A stretch of DNA of 64,000 bases from Octopus sinensis (GCF_006345805.1 NC_043003.1:29326001-29390000), one strand, 5' to 3'. Positions 22,831-35,131 are shown, numbered from the stretch's first letter. Translations and numbers: made by a program. Notes: generated by a model not told the origin, from the letters alone.

Positions 22831-24039
22831 GTTGCATCTTTCACAAGATGTAGGTACATTAGTTTTCTTCTCTCACAAGTCTTTGTAATCAATTGTTTGG
22901 CTCTGGTTTGGTGCACAAAATGTTTCCAAGCTTTTGATCTCTCAGAAAAATGTTTTATATCAAGTTCCTTTGTTGGACAGAACACTAGCAAAAGTCAGCT
23001 TATTGTTACTGTTTACACCTGAAACAATACATCTTTGCATACTGTTGTTGTTGCTGCTGCTGCTACTACTGTTTTAGTTATTGTTGATCACAAAATTTCT
23101 ACTTAGTTGAATTAAAATGACTGTGTTTTCTCTCTATTGGTGTGTTATCAACACATTGTTTTGTACATTTTTCAGTTTTTCTCTTCAGTGGGGAGGTAGG
23201 CATGCAATGTTCACGGCTTTTTTTTTTTTTTTTTTTGGTCTGTGACATAAAAGAAAAACAATAAATTTAGTCTAAAAATAAACACAAGCCTTATCTTTTC
23301 CTTTGTCCCCCCCCTCCTTTATAAGGGGAGACTTCAAACTATATGAAATCATTTGCATGTGAGTAGTTTTAGTAAAAATTCTACATCCTTTATTAAAATT
23401 TTGTTTCAAAAAGAGACTTGTAAAACATGTCTGCAAGTACAGGATAAAATAATGATTCCAGATTTTGACATATGGCCAGCAATTTTAGGGGGTTGGGTAA
23501 GTTGACCCCAGTGCTCAACTGGTACTTTATTTTATTGACCCCAAAAGGATGAAAGGCGAGACTGACTTTGACAGGACTTGCATAGTAATAATAATAATGG
23601 TGTTAAGGCTAAGGCTAATATTGCTATTCATCATATTTGGGTCGTTAAAATAAAGTACCAGTCAAGTACCTGGGTCAACATAAATGCCTTACTCCTTCTC
23701 CTGAACATGGCGTTGTGCCAAAATTTGAAACCATTATTGTTCATGGATAGCTACACAAAAAACAGAACATTAAAAAGTTTTTTATTTTGCTAGGTTCAAA
23801 GTTATGAAGATTTGTTTTAATGAATTTTTGATAAATATAATATTTGTTAGTTAATTAAATTGATTTACAATAATTATATAATTTTCATAAACTTTTAGTA
23901 TCAGCACAAATTTCAGAAGTTGTAATATACTTGGTTTAAATACAGGCCAGACCTATATTTTGCTCATATATTGATAAAAATAATATTTTAGAATTGGCAG
24001 AGTATATATTTTATTTATTTTTTAACAATTTCTTCATAA

Positions 24040-24270
24040 TACAGTTCTATATTTAAGAAATGGGGTATTATTTACATTTGATGGATATTTGTCCTCATCT
24101 TGTTAACACGTTTCAGCTGATATACCCTCCAGCCTTCATCAGGTGTCTTGGGGAAATTTTGAACCTGGATTCTCATTCCTAAGGTATTTTTCAATATTAT
24201 TATTATTATTATATTATTCAGGTCACTGCCTGGGATCAAACTCAGAATCTTGGGGTTAGTAGCCCACACA
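24040..24270 (-). mobile_element. tRNA-head SINE (third family) carrying a hammerhead-like core
   Basis: - strand: GACAC-CTGATGA-A-GGCTG-GAGGGTATAT-CAGCT-GAAAC-GTGTT at ~24148-24102; truncated head at 24270. Confidence 0.7.
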
Positions 24271-24724
24271 CTTAAGATGAGGACAAATATCCGTCAAATG
24301 TGAATAATGTAAATTTCTTCATATTTCCATATAAAACAGATAAGATTGTGGTACTGTAAAAGAAGCACACCTCTTCATTTAATCCTAAGTCTAATCTTAA
24401 ACCTACACCATAATTCTAAAGCATAACCTTAAAATCTTAAGCCATACAGCTTAACAAATTACAGCTTGATGCATCTTTTCAAATAGGAGAAAGTCAGGGA
24501 GGCAAAAATGGAAAGCATTTTCATATAAAAATGAAAAAATTACAGCCAGTTGCATAAAAGGAGGAGGAGGAGAGGCTTAAAACAGGAATTTTGACAAATC
24601 TGAAATCAATCTTTAAAACAGAATTGATGAAATTGTGAAAAATCTTTCATGATGCACTTATTTCAAAACTCCACTTTAACAGTATTATGAATTACTCAGA
24701 ATATTCTGAAGCACCATATGGGCA

Positions 24725-24806
24725 GTGCCTGATGATTGTGCTAGAACACCAGACGTTTTAAAATACTGTCTGGTATTCTCTCAGCACATGAAACTAATAG
24801 CAGCAC
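24725..24806 (+). ncRNA. Type-I hammerhead-ribozyme-like module (degenerate copy 1)
   Basis: Stem I GTGC/GCAC, core CTGATGA (24729-35), 17-bp helix II with one mismatch and a 3-nt bulge, GAAAC (24790-94), near-palindromic stem III region ACTAATAGC; triplet reads GCA rather than GUA. Confidence 0.6.
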
Positions 24807-24856
24807 ATAAAAACATATTGTGTTTATTAAATAATACATACATACATATGCATATA

Positions 24857-25718
24857 TACATGGTCTGATCAATAAGTATCTGGACTGTTACCATAGTAAC
24901 ACAGCTAAAGCATGCAGAGTGAAGCCACATGGCAAAGGTTGACTTTGAACTCTACTGTGCATGCACACTAAGTTTTAACATTCTAGCTCACAGCAGTGCT
25001 TGGAAGGAAGGTGTATAGCATGTGATCATCGCATTGACCATGACAGAAAGTTGTCATGGCAATACCTGCTCAGAGGCCGATGCAAAGTTACAGAAAGTGT
25101 ATGGGCCACACACAAGTGTATGAGTGGTTCAGATGTTTTGGAGATGGCTGAGAAAAAGTCAATATTGACAAACGTTTGAGGAGACCTGCAACCAACAGAA
25201 CTGAGAAAAATATGGCAGATGTGCATGCAGCTGTGAGGGAAATCATCGAATCACCATCTGCGAGTTATCAGAGGATGTGCAGATTAGTTACAGTTCAGTT
25301 CAGTTGATTATTGCTGAAGATTTGGGTATGAGATATGTCTGTCATGTTTGTTCCAAAACTGCTTTGAGCTGACCAAAAACACACTCAGGTTTCAGTTGCA
25401 CAAGATCTTGATTGTGTTGATAGCAATGAAAACCTTTTAAAAACTTTGTGTAGGCCTCTGAGGAGGTATCGCCAAGCTTTTGGCAAAATTTGGTGCAGAT
25501 TCTCAGTTCAACTTTCTCTGCCATGGTCAATGCTATGATCACATGCTACACACCTTCCTTCCAATCACTGCTGTAAACAGCGGAAGTGAGCTAAAACATT
25601 AAAACTTGGTGCGCATGCACAGCAGAGATTATGGTTAATCTGTGCCAAGCAGCTTCACTCTGCATGCTTTAGCTTTGTTACTATGGCAACAGACCAGATA
25701 CTTACAGATCAAACCATA
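24857..25718. mobile_element. Palindromic mariner derivative (two 5' ends in inverted orientation)
   Basis: ~68-bp terminal IR (CATGGTCTGATCAATAAGTATCTGGAC...GCAGAGTGAAGC) extending into ~230-280-bp inverted arms; transposase N-terminal remnants on both strands (MAEKVELRICTKFCQKLG on -, ...FVPKLL on +). Confidence 0.75.
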
Positions 25719-26168
25719 CTCCTACTCCCACTCATCTTGTGATTTACTTGGTGATTTACTTGGTGACTTCACCAGTGCACTTTGTAAAGTAGTTGGCATT
25801 AGGATGTAAGATGTTGTAGAAAACCTGACCATACATGGCAGCACAAACCTTGACACAGGAGCACTTTTTTAGAGAAGGCTGCATCAGACCACCCTTAATT
25901 CCCTACCCAATACCCTTTGTAAGCTTAAACCTGCCCTGCTGAGCAGCTAGCCAGCACTCTTGTTCCTCTGAACCACCTGTATTGCCACAGCTCAAATACT
26001 ATTGCCTTTATCTCATCACCCACCTCTACTTTTGACCTCATCTGCTATTGCCAATCATTCTCCTGTGTTAACTCTAACCGAAGTAGCCTTGCCTTTTTCT
26101 ATCATATTCATGCTCTTTTTACCCAACAAACCTTACCTTTGGCCACCTCTCCTATTGCCAATCCCTCC

Positions 26169-26243
26169 CCTTAAGACATTTATTCCCACATATCCTTAAG
26201 ACACTTATTCTCACATATCCTTAAGACACTTATCCCCACATAT
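26169..26243. repeat. 25-bp minisatellite, 3 copies
   Basis: CCTTAAGACA(T/C)TTAT(T/C)C(C/T)CACATAT x3. Confidence 0.8.
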
Positions 26244-26429
26244 TCCTACCTTCTTTGCATCATACTCTTTCTCCTTTCATTTTCTCACCTGTTCTGGTCC
26301 TTCTGATACCATTGCTCTTTCTCTCTCTCCTGTTCCCCTCCTCAGATACCTGAGCAAATGTACATGCCCCAGGTTATTGAGTACTGTCTACACTTAAACA
26401 TGGCTGAATACTTTAACATTTACATTTTT

Positions 26430-26660
26430 CATCTCTTCACCAACTGTGCTGATGCACTATTTACTTTTGTTGTATACATAGCAACACACTTGTTTTCCCA
26501 ATAAAATGCTTAGCAGAAGGGCATCCAGCCATAGGAATCAAACCAAATAACATGTATGAGCACAAGTTTATGAGAGCAGTGGATCCCAATGGGAGGTACT
26601 CATACTGTGATGACCCGTCCAATCCATACCAGCATGGAAAACAAATGTAAGATGATAACA
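26430..26660 (+). mobile_element. RTE-tailed SINE (degenerate)
   Basis: AGAAGGGCATCCAGCCATAG...CCGTCCAATCCATACCAGCATGGAAAACAAATGTAAGATGAT. Confidence 0.6.
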
Positions 26661-27148
26661 CAGATTTTTATACATCTAGGCAGCTGTTTACAACATCAGT
26701 AAATAAAACAAAACCTTTCACTGTTTTCTATACCAGAGGTGACAAATTCTTGTCCAAGTATGTGACTGGCTGTGAGTACTCATCATTGAGGAGGATCCAA
26801 AGGCTGAAAATGTATCTAACACTCTTACTGATTTTTGCTGGGACAAGTTTTCATCTTTCAATATTTATTGAGTTTTTAACACAGTACATCCATAAAAGAT
26901 GATATCTTTGGATGAGTGCTGCAGTAAGTGGCTACCAATAAATGGTTTTATATATATGTGTTTGTGTGTATGTCACTAGCCACTACACATTCTTTATTTT
27001 CTCTCCTTGTTTCTTTCTGTGTTCCTTTCTGCAGAAGAGTATAGGCTTGAAATGTTAAAGTTTTTTTCACTTCCTGAGCATTATAATACATCTGTTTGTT
27101 GTCTATACCACCTGTCTTTGTTTTTTTGTTTTTTTTGTGAATTCTCCC

Positions 27149-27213
<65 letters not shown>

Positions 27214-27468
27214 TATATACACACAATTTATATAATTTTCACCTTTAAAGGTATTTTAATATGCTGCCACGTTTGATGGAATTTTTTTCCACATAAATTT
27301 TATCCTATATTAGTAGTATATATATATATATATATATATACCTTCGTTGACTTAGGTATGTAGTAGTAGATATTTGCCCTAAGTTCCACACAATGAGACT
27401 GGACCTAAAACCATGTGGTTGGAAAGAAACTTCTTAACCACAGTGACATCTCTGTCTCTCCCTCTCTC

Positions 27469-27499
<31 letters not shown>

Positions 27500-27884
27500 T
27501 CTTTTACTTGTTTCAGTCAGTTGACTGGCCATGCTGGCACACCACTTTTAGCCGAGTAAATCAACCCCAGGACTTACTCTTTGTAAGCCTAGTACTTTTG
27601 CTATCGGTCTCTTTTGGCGAACTGCTAAGTTACGGGGAAGTAAACGCACCAACATCAGTTGTCAAGCAATGTTGGGGGACAAACACAGACACACACATTA
27701 GAAAAATAAGATACTCAGAAATCAGGATGGTTTTATATTTACAGATTTTTATTAATATGTTGCATGTTTTAGGATTCTTCAGATTTGAATTTTTTGAGGA
27801 GATTCATCTCTTTTTATAGTATTATTGAGTTTGCAGGGGTGGAGAAAGATATAAGATAACCTGTACATCACCTCCAAACCTTCT

Positions 27885-27916
<32 letters not shown>

Positions 27917-28070
27917 ATAGGCTTCTTTCAGGTTCCATCTACCAAATCTACTCACAAGACTTTGGTTGGCCCAAGGCTATAGTAGAAGACACCCAAGGTG
28001 CCATGCAGTGGGACTGAACCAGGAACCATGTGGTTGGTAAGTAAGCTACTTACCACACAGCCACACTTGT
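27500..28070 (-). mobile_element. tRNA-head SINE (second family), interrupted by a ~200-bp insertion and (TA)n
   Basis: 3' body 27500-27700 and head 27915-28070 are collinear with the copies at 40410-40710 and 56440-56775. Confidence 0.7.
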
Positions 28071-28073
28071 GCT

Positions 28074-28109
<36 letters not shown>

Positions 28110-28118
<9 letters not shown>

Positions 28119-28366
28119 AATATATGGCATGTAAAAGCACCATCCATTCGTGGCCGTTTGCCAGCTCCGTCTGGCACCTGTGCGAGTGGCACGTAAAAAG
28201 TACCCACTACACTCACGGAGTGGCTGGCGTTAGGAAGGGCATCCAGCCGTAGAAACACTGCCAGATCAGACTGGGCCTGATGCGGCCTTCCGGCTTCACA
28301 GACCCCAGTTGAACCGTCCAACCCATGCTAGCATGGAAAGTGGACGCTAAATGATGATGATGATGA
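28110..28366 (+). mobile_element. RTE-tailed SINE, well conserved
   Basis: Close match to the 21050-21297 tail, ending (GAT)n; in the likely 3'UTR region of ZNF-D, antisense to it. Confidence 0.8.
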
Positions 28367-28658
28367 TATACATCTGTGTGTGTGTGTATACATATTATTT
28401 AAATTTATTTTTCTGTTTTACTATAGATTTCACTGTAACTTTATTCCTATATAAATAAATTATGTTATAAAAGTGATTGTTTTAAAAAAAATTTATCTTT
28501 TGTGTATTTCTTTATGATTACATAAATTAATATTTTCAAAGAAATACCAAAGAAATTATAAATAAGTTTTTGAACATGGAGAAATTTTTTTTAATATTTT
28601 TCATATAGTTTCTTGTGAGTCACTAAAGCCATCCCAAGAGAATATTTTACTCCAGATA

Positions 28659-30008
28659 TCACTTGTGTACATGCTTATGGTTAGTTAAATTACCCTTATA
28701 AGAAAAGATTTTACCACATATATCACAGTCATATGATGTCTTACGTTTGTGTGTACGCTTGTGAGAAGCTAAGTTACCACTCTGAGAGAACGTTTTGCCG
28801 CAGATGTGACAACAGTATGGTTTGTCACCAGTGTGAACACGTCTGTGAGAAGACAGACTACAACTTACAGCAAACACTTTACCACAGATATCACAGTGAT
28901 ATGGCTTATAACCAGTATGTCTACGTTTGTGACAAGCTAATATACCCCTTGTAGAGAAATGTTTACTGCAAATATCACATTGAAATGGTTTCTCACCAGT
29001 GTGAACGCGTTTATGACTAGTCAAATCACAACTGGCAGAAAAAGATTTACCACAAATATCACACTGATAAGGTTTAAGTTTTGAATGTGTCTTTTTATGA
29101 CTCTCTAAGTTACTGCTGTTACTAAATCTTTTATCACAGAATTCACAGTAGTATGGTTTCTCACCTGTGTGTAAACGTTTGTGGAAAGATAAACTAGCTT
29201 TGTATGGGAATGATTTACCACAGATGTTACAGTGATATGGTTTTTCACCTGTGTGAATCCGTTTGTGAGTAGACAAACTGCCTTTATATGAGAACATATT
29301 ACCACAGATATCACAGTGATATGGTTTCTCACCAGTGTGAACACGTTTGTGACAAGATAGGGCAGAATTTGCAGGAAACGTCTTACCACAGATATCACAG
29401 TGGTAAGGCTTATGTCCCGTGTGTATACGTTTATGACGAGTTAACAACCCACTTTGAGAGAAATGCTTACCACAAACATCACAGTGGTATGGTTTCTCAC
29501 CAGTATGAATACGTTTGTGACTGGAGAGATAACAATTTGCGGAAAATGCTTTGCCACAGATATCACATTCAAAGGGTTTGATTCCTGAATGTTTTTGCTT
29601 ATGATTATATAAATTACCATACTGAGCAAATGTTTTACCACAGATATCACAGTGGAAAGGTTGTTCTCCAGTGTGAATACGTTTGTGAGAAAATAATGAA
29701 CTTCTGATGGTGAAGGTTTTGCCACAGATGTCACAATGATAGGGTTTAAGTCCTGAATGTTTCATTTTATGTCTGTATAAATTACTATTCTTAGCGAATG
29801 TCTTGCCACAGATATCACAGTTGTATGGTTTCTCACCTGTGTGAGTACGTTTATGATCAGTAAGGTGATTATTCTGTTGGAAGGTTTTCCCACAGATGTC
29901 ACAGTGGTGTGGCCTCTTCTTAACACTTTTCTGTGTCTGAAGAGATAAATCAAATCTTCCACATTCCTTTTCACCATTAATCTGACTCTTACACAGTTTC
30001 TCCTCCAT
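28659..30008 (-). CDS. C2H2 zinc-finger protein ZNF-D, 449 aa, 15 fingers
   Basis: ORF 28659..30068 starts at a GTG; first ATG (MEEKLCKSQ) at 30008; 15 tandem fingers; acceptor TTTATTTCAG|AGTATCTGGTG at 30203/30202 homologous to the other three genes. Confidence 0.95.
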   Translation of the reverse strand: MEEKLCKSQINGEKECGRFDLSLQTQKSVKKRPHHCDICGKTFQQNNHLTDHKRTHTGEKPYNCDICGKTFAKNSNLYRHKMKHSGLKPYHCDICGKTFTIRSSLFSHKRIHTGEQPFHCDICGKTFAQYGNLYNHKQKHSGIKPFECDICGKAFSANCYLSSHKRIHTGEKPYHCDVCGKHFSQSGLLTRHKRIHTGHKPYHCDICGKTFPANSALSCHKRVHTGEKPYHCDICGNMFSYKGSLSTHKRIHTGEKPYHCNICGKSFPYKASLSFHKRLHTGEKPYYCEFCDKRFSNSSNLESHKKTHSKLKPYQCDICGKSFSASCDLTSHKRVHTGEKPFQCDICSKHFSTRGILACHKRRHTGYKPYHCDICGKVFAVSCSLSSHRRVHTGDKPYCCHICGKTFSQSGNLASHKRTHKRKTSYDCDICGKIFSYKGNLTNHKHVHK

Positions 30009-31499
30009 AATAACAGATATTATTAAGAAAGAAAAACAAACTTTTTCAGTCCTGAAGAAATATTTCACAGTAATTTAACCAAGGCTATGGAAACAGGGTG
30101 CATATACCTATATTTGGTAACATTGTTCTTTAGTCTTGAAGATGGCATAAATTTGTTGCTACAACTTGGGTGAGAAATTCCCATCACAATGCACCAGATA
30201 CTCTGAAATAAAGACAGGACAAGATATAAGCACAATAAAATATCAACACAAAGATTACTAAAGAGATTTTGCTAAAGACTGAACTGTTAGAAAGAGGCAG
30301 AAAATATAGGTTTACTATTCCAACAAGTGAGAACAAAATATAGATGTTGCTTTCAATCAAAATATATGATAGAGTCATGGATGATCAAGTTAACTGGGCT
30401 ACTGGGCAACCATCTGAGGAATTAATTACATTGTCACCACTGCTTTACCACATCTATAGACAAGATACTAAACTCTAGATCAGTTCACCTAGTTATAAGA
30501 ATATTCAACAGGCTGGAACAGGTCACAATAATAAACAGGTGTAGCACTGAAAAACTGAGGAAGGTTTTGGAGATACTTTTAATTGTCTATCATCTCTAAT
30601 CTAGTGTCAACATAAAAATATATTACATAAGAGTGCTGTTGCTTACGCTTATCAAATTTGAATATTCAGAAGTAAGTAATGTAACCATATGAAATGTTAT
30701 AGCAACCTAGTCTTTCAATTTTTACCTTTACAAAACAAAGTCAATATTTCTGAGTAGAAATCAAATAACATCAACAGCAAACCCACCTCAGGTCCACATA
30801 AGCTGGGTGAGCAGCTAATTCATTTACAAATACTATTTTAACAAATCCTGAAAAACAAAACACAAACCAGCTTTCTATACAAAGAATCTCATGACCTGAA
30901 TCTAACACATATCTACAAAGTTATTTCAATGCTTGACTTCTACTAAACAATAACACAACCCCCGCTTCAAACCAAACAAAATCTTCCATCAATAACTTTC
31001 TATCAACCTACATCTTACAAACATACTTTCCTCCTATCCTCTTCTATCCCACTTCCTAAACATTTTCATCCCAGACCTACATACACGAAGCCTAATTCTC
31101 ATTTCACATAGCTCCACTTACCCTAGAAAAACAACTTACTCAAGAGTAACACAAGCATAGTGCAGTTAGATAAAAGCTAATAGGCCATAATTTCGAAGTC
31201 ACTGTCAGCCCTCTTCTCATAAAAGCTAAATAAGCATCTACTTTACTAAAAAGTATTGAGTAATTCTTCAATTTAATCCTATATTGATTTTATAACTTGA
31301 CATAAAACCAAACATTAATGTGTATGTGTGTTGTAAACATATTTGGAAATATATACGTACAAAAACACATTCTTTTTTACAATGCTAGTGGAATAACTTG
31401 AAAAGATTATCCTATTCAACAATAAAAGAGAAAAGTCTTTAATAATGCCATTTAAGTGATTTTTAAGGCATTTACATGCTACATGAACCCTAAATGCAA

Positions 31500-31850
31500 A
31501 GGACATGAAATAGAGAGGAATGAAGCTGGTATGCTTTGCTGGCTGTACAATGTTAGTGTACATGTGCAACAGAGTGCCAGTGTATTGAGAGAAAAGTTAA
31601 GCATAAGAGGAATTAGATGCAGTGTAAAAGAGAGAAAACTGTGCTGGTTTGGTCATGTGATGCATATGGATGTGGACAGTTGCACACAGAAGTGCTGATC
31701 ACTTCAAGTGGATGGAACTTGTGGAAGGAGAAACCGAGGAAGACATGGGATGAAGCATTGAAGGCCAATCCCAAGATGCTAAATGTTACAAATAAGATGA
31801 CAAAGAACTGGGATGTCTGGCAGTTTGCCATACTTAAGAACTGTCCATCA
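31500..31850 (+). mobile_element. Degenerate RTE LINE 3' ORF fragment
   Basis: ERNEAGMLCW...LREKLSIRGIRC...LCWFGHVMHM and KPRKTWDE motifs across frameshifts. Confidence 0.75.
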
Positions 31851-32309
31851 TGGAATTAATATCCTAAAACCACCTTATCCACGAGAGGGTTCTACTTTAT
31901 TCTTACCTCGATCCTCTTTGTTCCATCAACCTTTTCCATCTACATTTCATACTCTAATAATACCCTCACATATCTACAACTCCATCACCCATACCTAACC
32001 TCATTCCTGCCCACTCATCCTGTCCAAACTCCTGTATCACCTCACCTACTCTCATTACCCCCCAATGTCCCTAAAGGGCATGTCCCGACACTTCTTTGTC
32101 ATCATCTTTCTCACTATCGTTCCTTTTATCCTACTAACTCACTCTCCTTTCTTTTCCAACTGGGGTACCCATGTACCTACTCTACAACAAGACACCTAAC
32201 TCTGTCCTGCTATACCTTTAATTTCCCAACTGGCACAAAGTCACACTTTTTCAATACTATTACCCACCTGTTCGCTGTTTTTTTTTTCTTTTTTTTTCTC
32301 TTGCAAGAT

Positions 32310-32520
32310 ACTTGGTGTCTCTGTCAGTGCTGGTGCCATGTAAAAAGCATCCGGTACACTCTGTAAAGCGGTTGGCATTAGGAAAGGCATATAGCTGTAG
32401 AAACCATGCCAAAATAGACAATGAAATTTAGTGCAGCTCTCAGCCTTGCCAACTCCTGTCAAACCATACAACCTGTGCTGGCATGGAAAACAGAAGTTAA
32501 ATGATGATGATTATCATCAT
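32310..32520 (+). mobile_element. RTE-tailed SINE
   Basis: GGTTGGCATTAGGAAAGGCATATAGCTGTAGAAACC...CTGGCATGGAAAACAGAAGTTAAATGATGATG. Confidence 0.65.
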
Positions 32521-33661
32521 CATGATCATGATTACCCCCAGGGTCAGGGGTAACTTTCTGTGCTACTTTTGATCTAAATCTTATAGAGATTATTACTGCT
32601 CATACTTCAGGAACACCATGATGTTAGCCCTGTAAAATCATTGATATTTCTGTAAGCCTAGAAAAATGCATAATTATTATTGTGGTTACTGAAAAAAACT
32701 GAAAATTTCGGGTTTAACACCCATATTTTTAATTCTTCTAGTTCAGTTCACTCTACAATTCCTTACGAAGACAATGTTTACTATATCAAGCTGCTTTCAT
32801 TGTTTACTCCAAATCCTTACCATTTTCTAGGTTTGCGGTGAACCAATACCAATTACTATGCGTCTTCGCATGTGCTACGAAATTTAGCTTAAATTTAATG
32901 TTATGGCAGTGCCATATTTAGTTTTCAGCTATGGGTTTGAACTCAGTAGAAAATTTATCATTAATAAATAATGATATAGGAATACCGTATTTCAATTTGT
33001 TTTCTTTCTCATTCGCTCTAATGTTTATATTTTGGTCATGAGAATTGCCATACAAGATGTGATATTTCGTATTACCACGATCGGCCACCTGGGTAGTGCA
33101 CTGCTGCTATGGTTTGCTTGTCATCCTTTTATTGCAAATAACTGAGATGTGGATGAAAGTTCGTTCATAATACCATTCCTCTTCTTTTTCTTTTTGGAAT
33201 ATTATATATTCAGATAATGTATAAATATTTCTTAGGAGGTAATACCAATTAAATAATGTGAAAATACATCAGATGTGGTTTATGTGTACTGACTGATATG
33301 TTGGCTCGTTTTCAGTATTTTATTAATGAGAATTATTGTGCTTGACGAACTTAAGCATTTAAAAACCGAAAAAAAAAAATATACTAAACGTTTTCTAATA
33401 CGCCGGCAAACCCAGCAGTTAGTTTGGTGGTCACGGAAACATTTTTATTTTTATTGGGCGGGTTATCTTTCATTATTTATTTATTTATTTATTGGTGTAA
33501 TTAACACTTACATATTTTGAAACTGATCTTGTTCGTTTTTGTGTTATTCTACATTAAGATGAGAGGGTGTGATTATAGGGGAATTTGGCATCGATTTTGA
33601 CAAGTCAAGCGAGCTCTTCGTGAAGTAAAAATAATGGAAATTATCCAATTAGTATTTTTTA

Positions 33662-35131
33662 TGACGTCAAATATAAGACTAATTAACAACACAGAAGAGA
33701 ATATTCTTAATTCAACCAAAAATATCTCCTATGACAAACAAGTTGGCTGCGGCACGGCGTCAAGAATTCAAAAAGAAATGCCTGTCTAGTACAGACAGAC
33801 AACGCCTGTAATAGTGATACATCAAATACAAAGATCGCTTCCTTTATGCTATTTAACTATTTCTATTAGTGTATTAAAAATATTAGTTTTCATTTATTCA
33901 GTAAAACAAATAATTTAAAACAAAGCAACGCTTTTACTTTATCTAGAAGCTTATAGTTTTACAAACGTATTCATTTTTATGCAGGGTGAAAGAAAAGAAG
34001 GGACTTCGAACTCCAAACCATTGTCGGTTTCTTGCGATATACATACAAATAGGACTTTGAATGAATTATTCCTTACTGTAGTGTTGCGTGATTTTCTAAA
34101 ATAAACATTTTAGAGTTTTTAATTTAAAGGGGAAAAAAAACTTTTCCTACAATACGACAGCAGCAAAACTACTTAGTTTTCTGACGTCAGGATAATTCAG
34201 ATAGATTTTGTTAGTTTATAGCCGAACATAACAATAATAGACAGAGGGAAGAAATTTTAAATGACACTTTTGTGGAGATCCGGCCTGGGAAATTACCATA
34301 AACTGAAGTACTTGTTTCCTGGTAGAAAGTAAAATATCATTTGGTATAATAACAATGAATGCACTTACTTACACCTAGTGGATTTAGATTAAAAACCATC
34401 TATTGCTCTCTGTTAACTGTAGATTGTTCTAAATAGAAGTAAACTGCCTTCCTTTTATCTTATTTGGTGGCCAGTTTTTTTGTTTGCTTTTATATTGTCC
34501 ACATCTAGAAAATAGATAGACATGTACCTAACGGACACAGTCCATTGTTGTCAGGCGTAGCTATTAGAATTATCTCCCTTCTCTCATGTTTCAGGCTATC
34601 AGACTCAGCCAAGCTACCCGGGGTCGTGTCATCCAGATACCAGATATGGAAGAGTGACCAGAATGATCATGCAACATCATCTACAGCCAATGCAAAAGAG
34701 AGCTGACCAAAAAGATCACTCTGCTGGACAATTGTTGAAGCTATCATGTTGTCAGCAGCCATGAGTGTGTTTAATTTACAGTTGTTTCCTCGAAAATTGA
34801 TCTCATGGGCATTATTATATTATTATTGCATAACATGCAAACGTTTGTATATGTAGTGTTCTAGACACAAAATCGAAGGTTGATTCTTTGGAAACATGTA
34901 TAAAAGTAATTTTCAAGGAAATAGAAAGACTTGCTCACTCCCTTCTCCTTGGTTATAACTATAGAAACTGTAGATTTTTGCGAATTTTCTGACATGTATT
35001 TGATATAACAAACAATCCCTAAATTACCACCTATCTGATAGCCTAAACCCATGGATGAGCTTTATAGGATAAACTTCAGAGCTAATACACCAATGAAACT
35101 ACGTGTGTGTGTGTGTGTAACAGTGACGTCA
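33662..35131. promoter_or_regulatory. Three perfect CRE palindromes TGACGTCA (33662, 34182, 35124)
   Basis: Exact 8-mers read from sequence; a CCAAT lies at ~33645; upstream of ZNF-D. Function is inferred only. Confidence 0.35.

Noticed and set aside
180-29977. Many 60-170 aa antisense or off-frame ORFs over the ZNF genes (e.g. MFYHRYHSGMVSHL..., MRNHTTVISV...)
   Set aside because: They are shadows of the 84-bp finger periodicity on the opposite strand or other frames, a known artefact of C2H2 arrays; no independent support.
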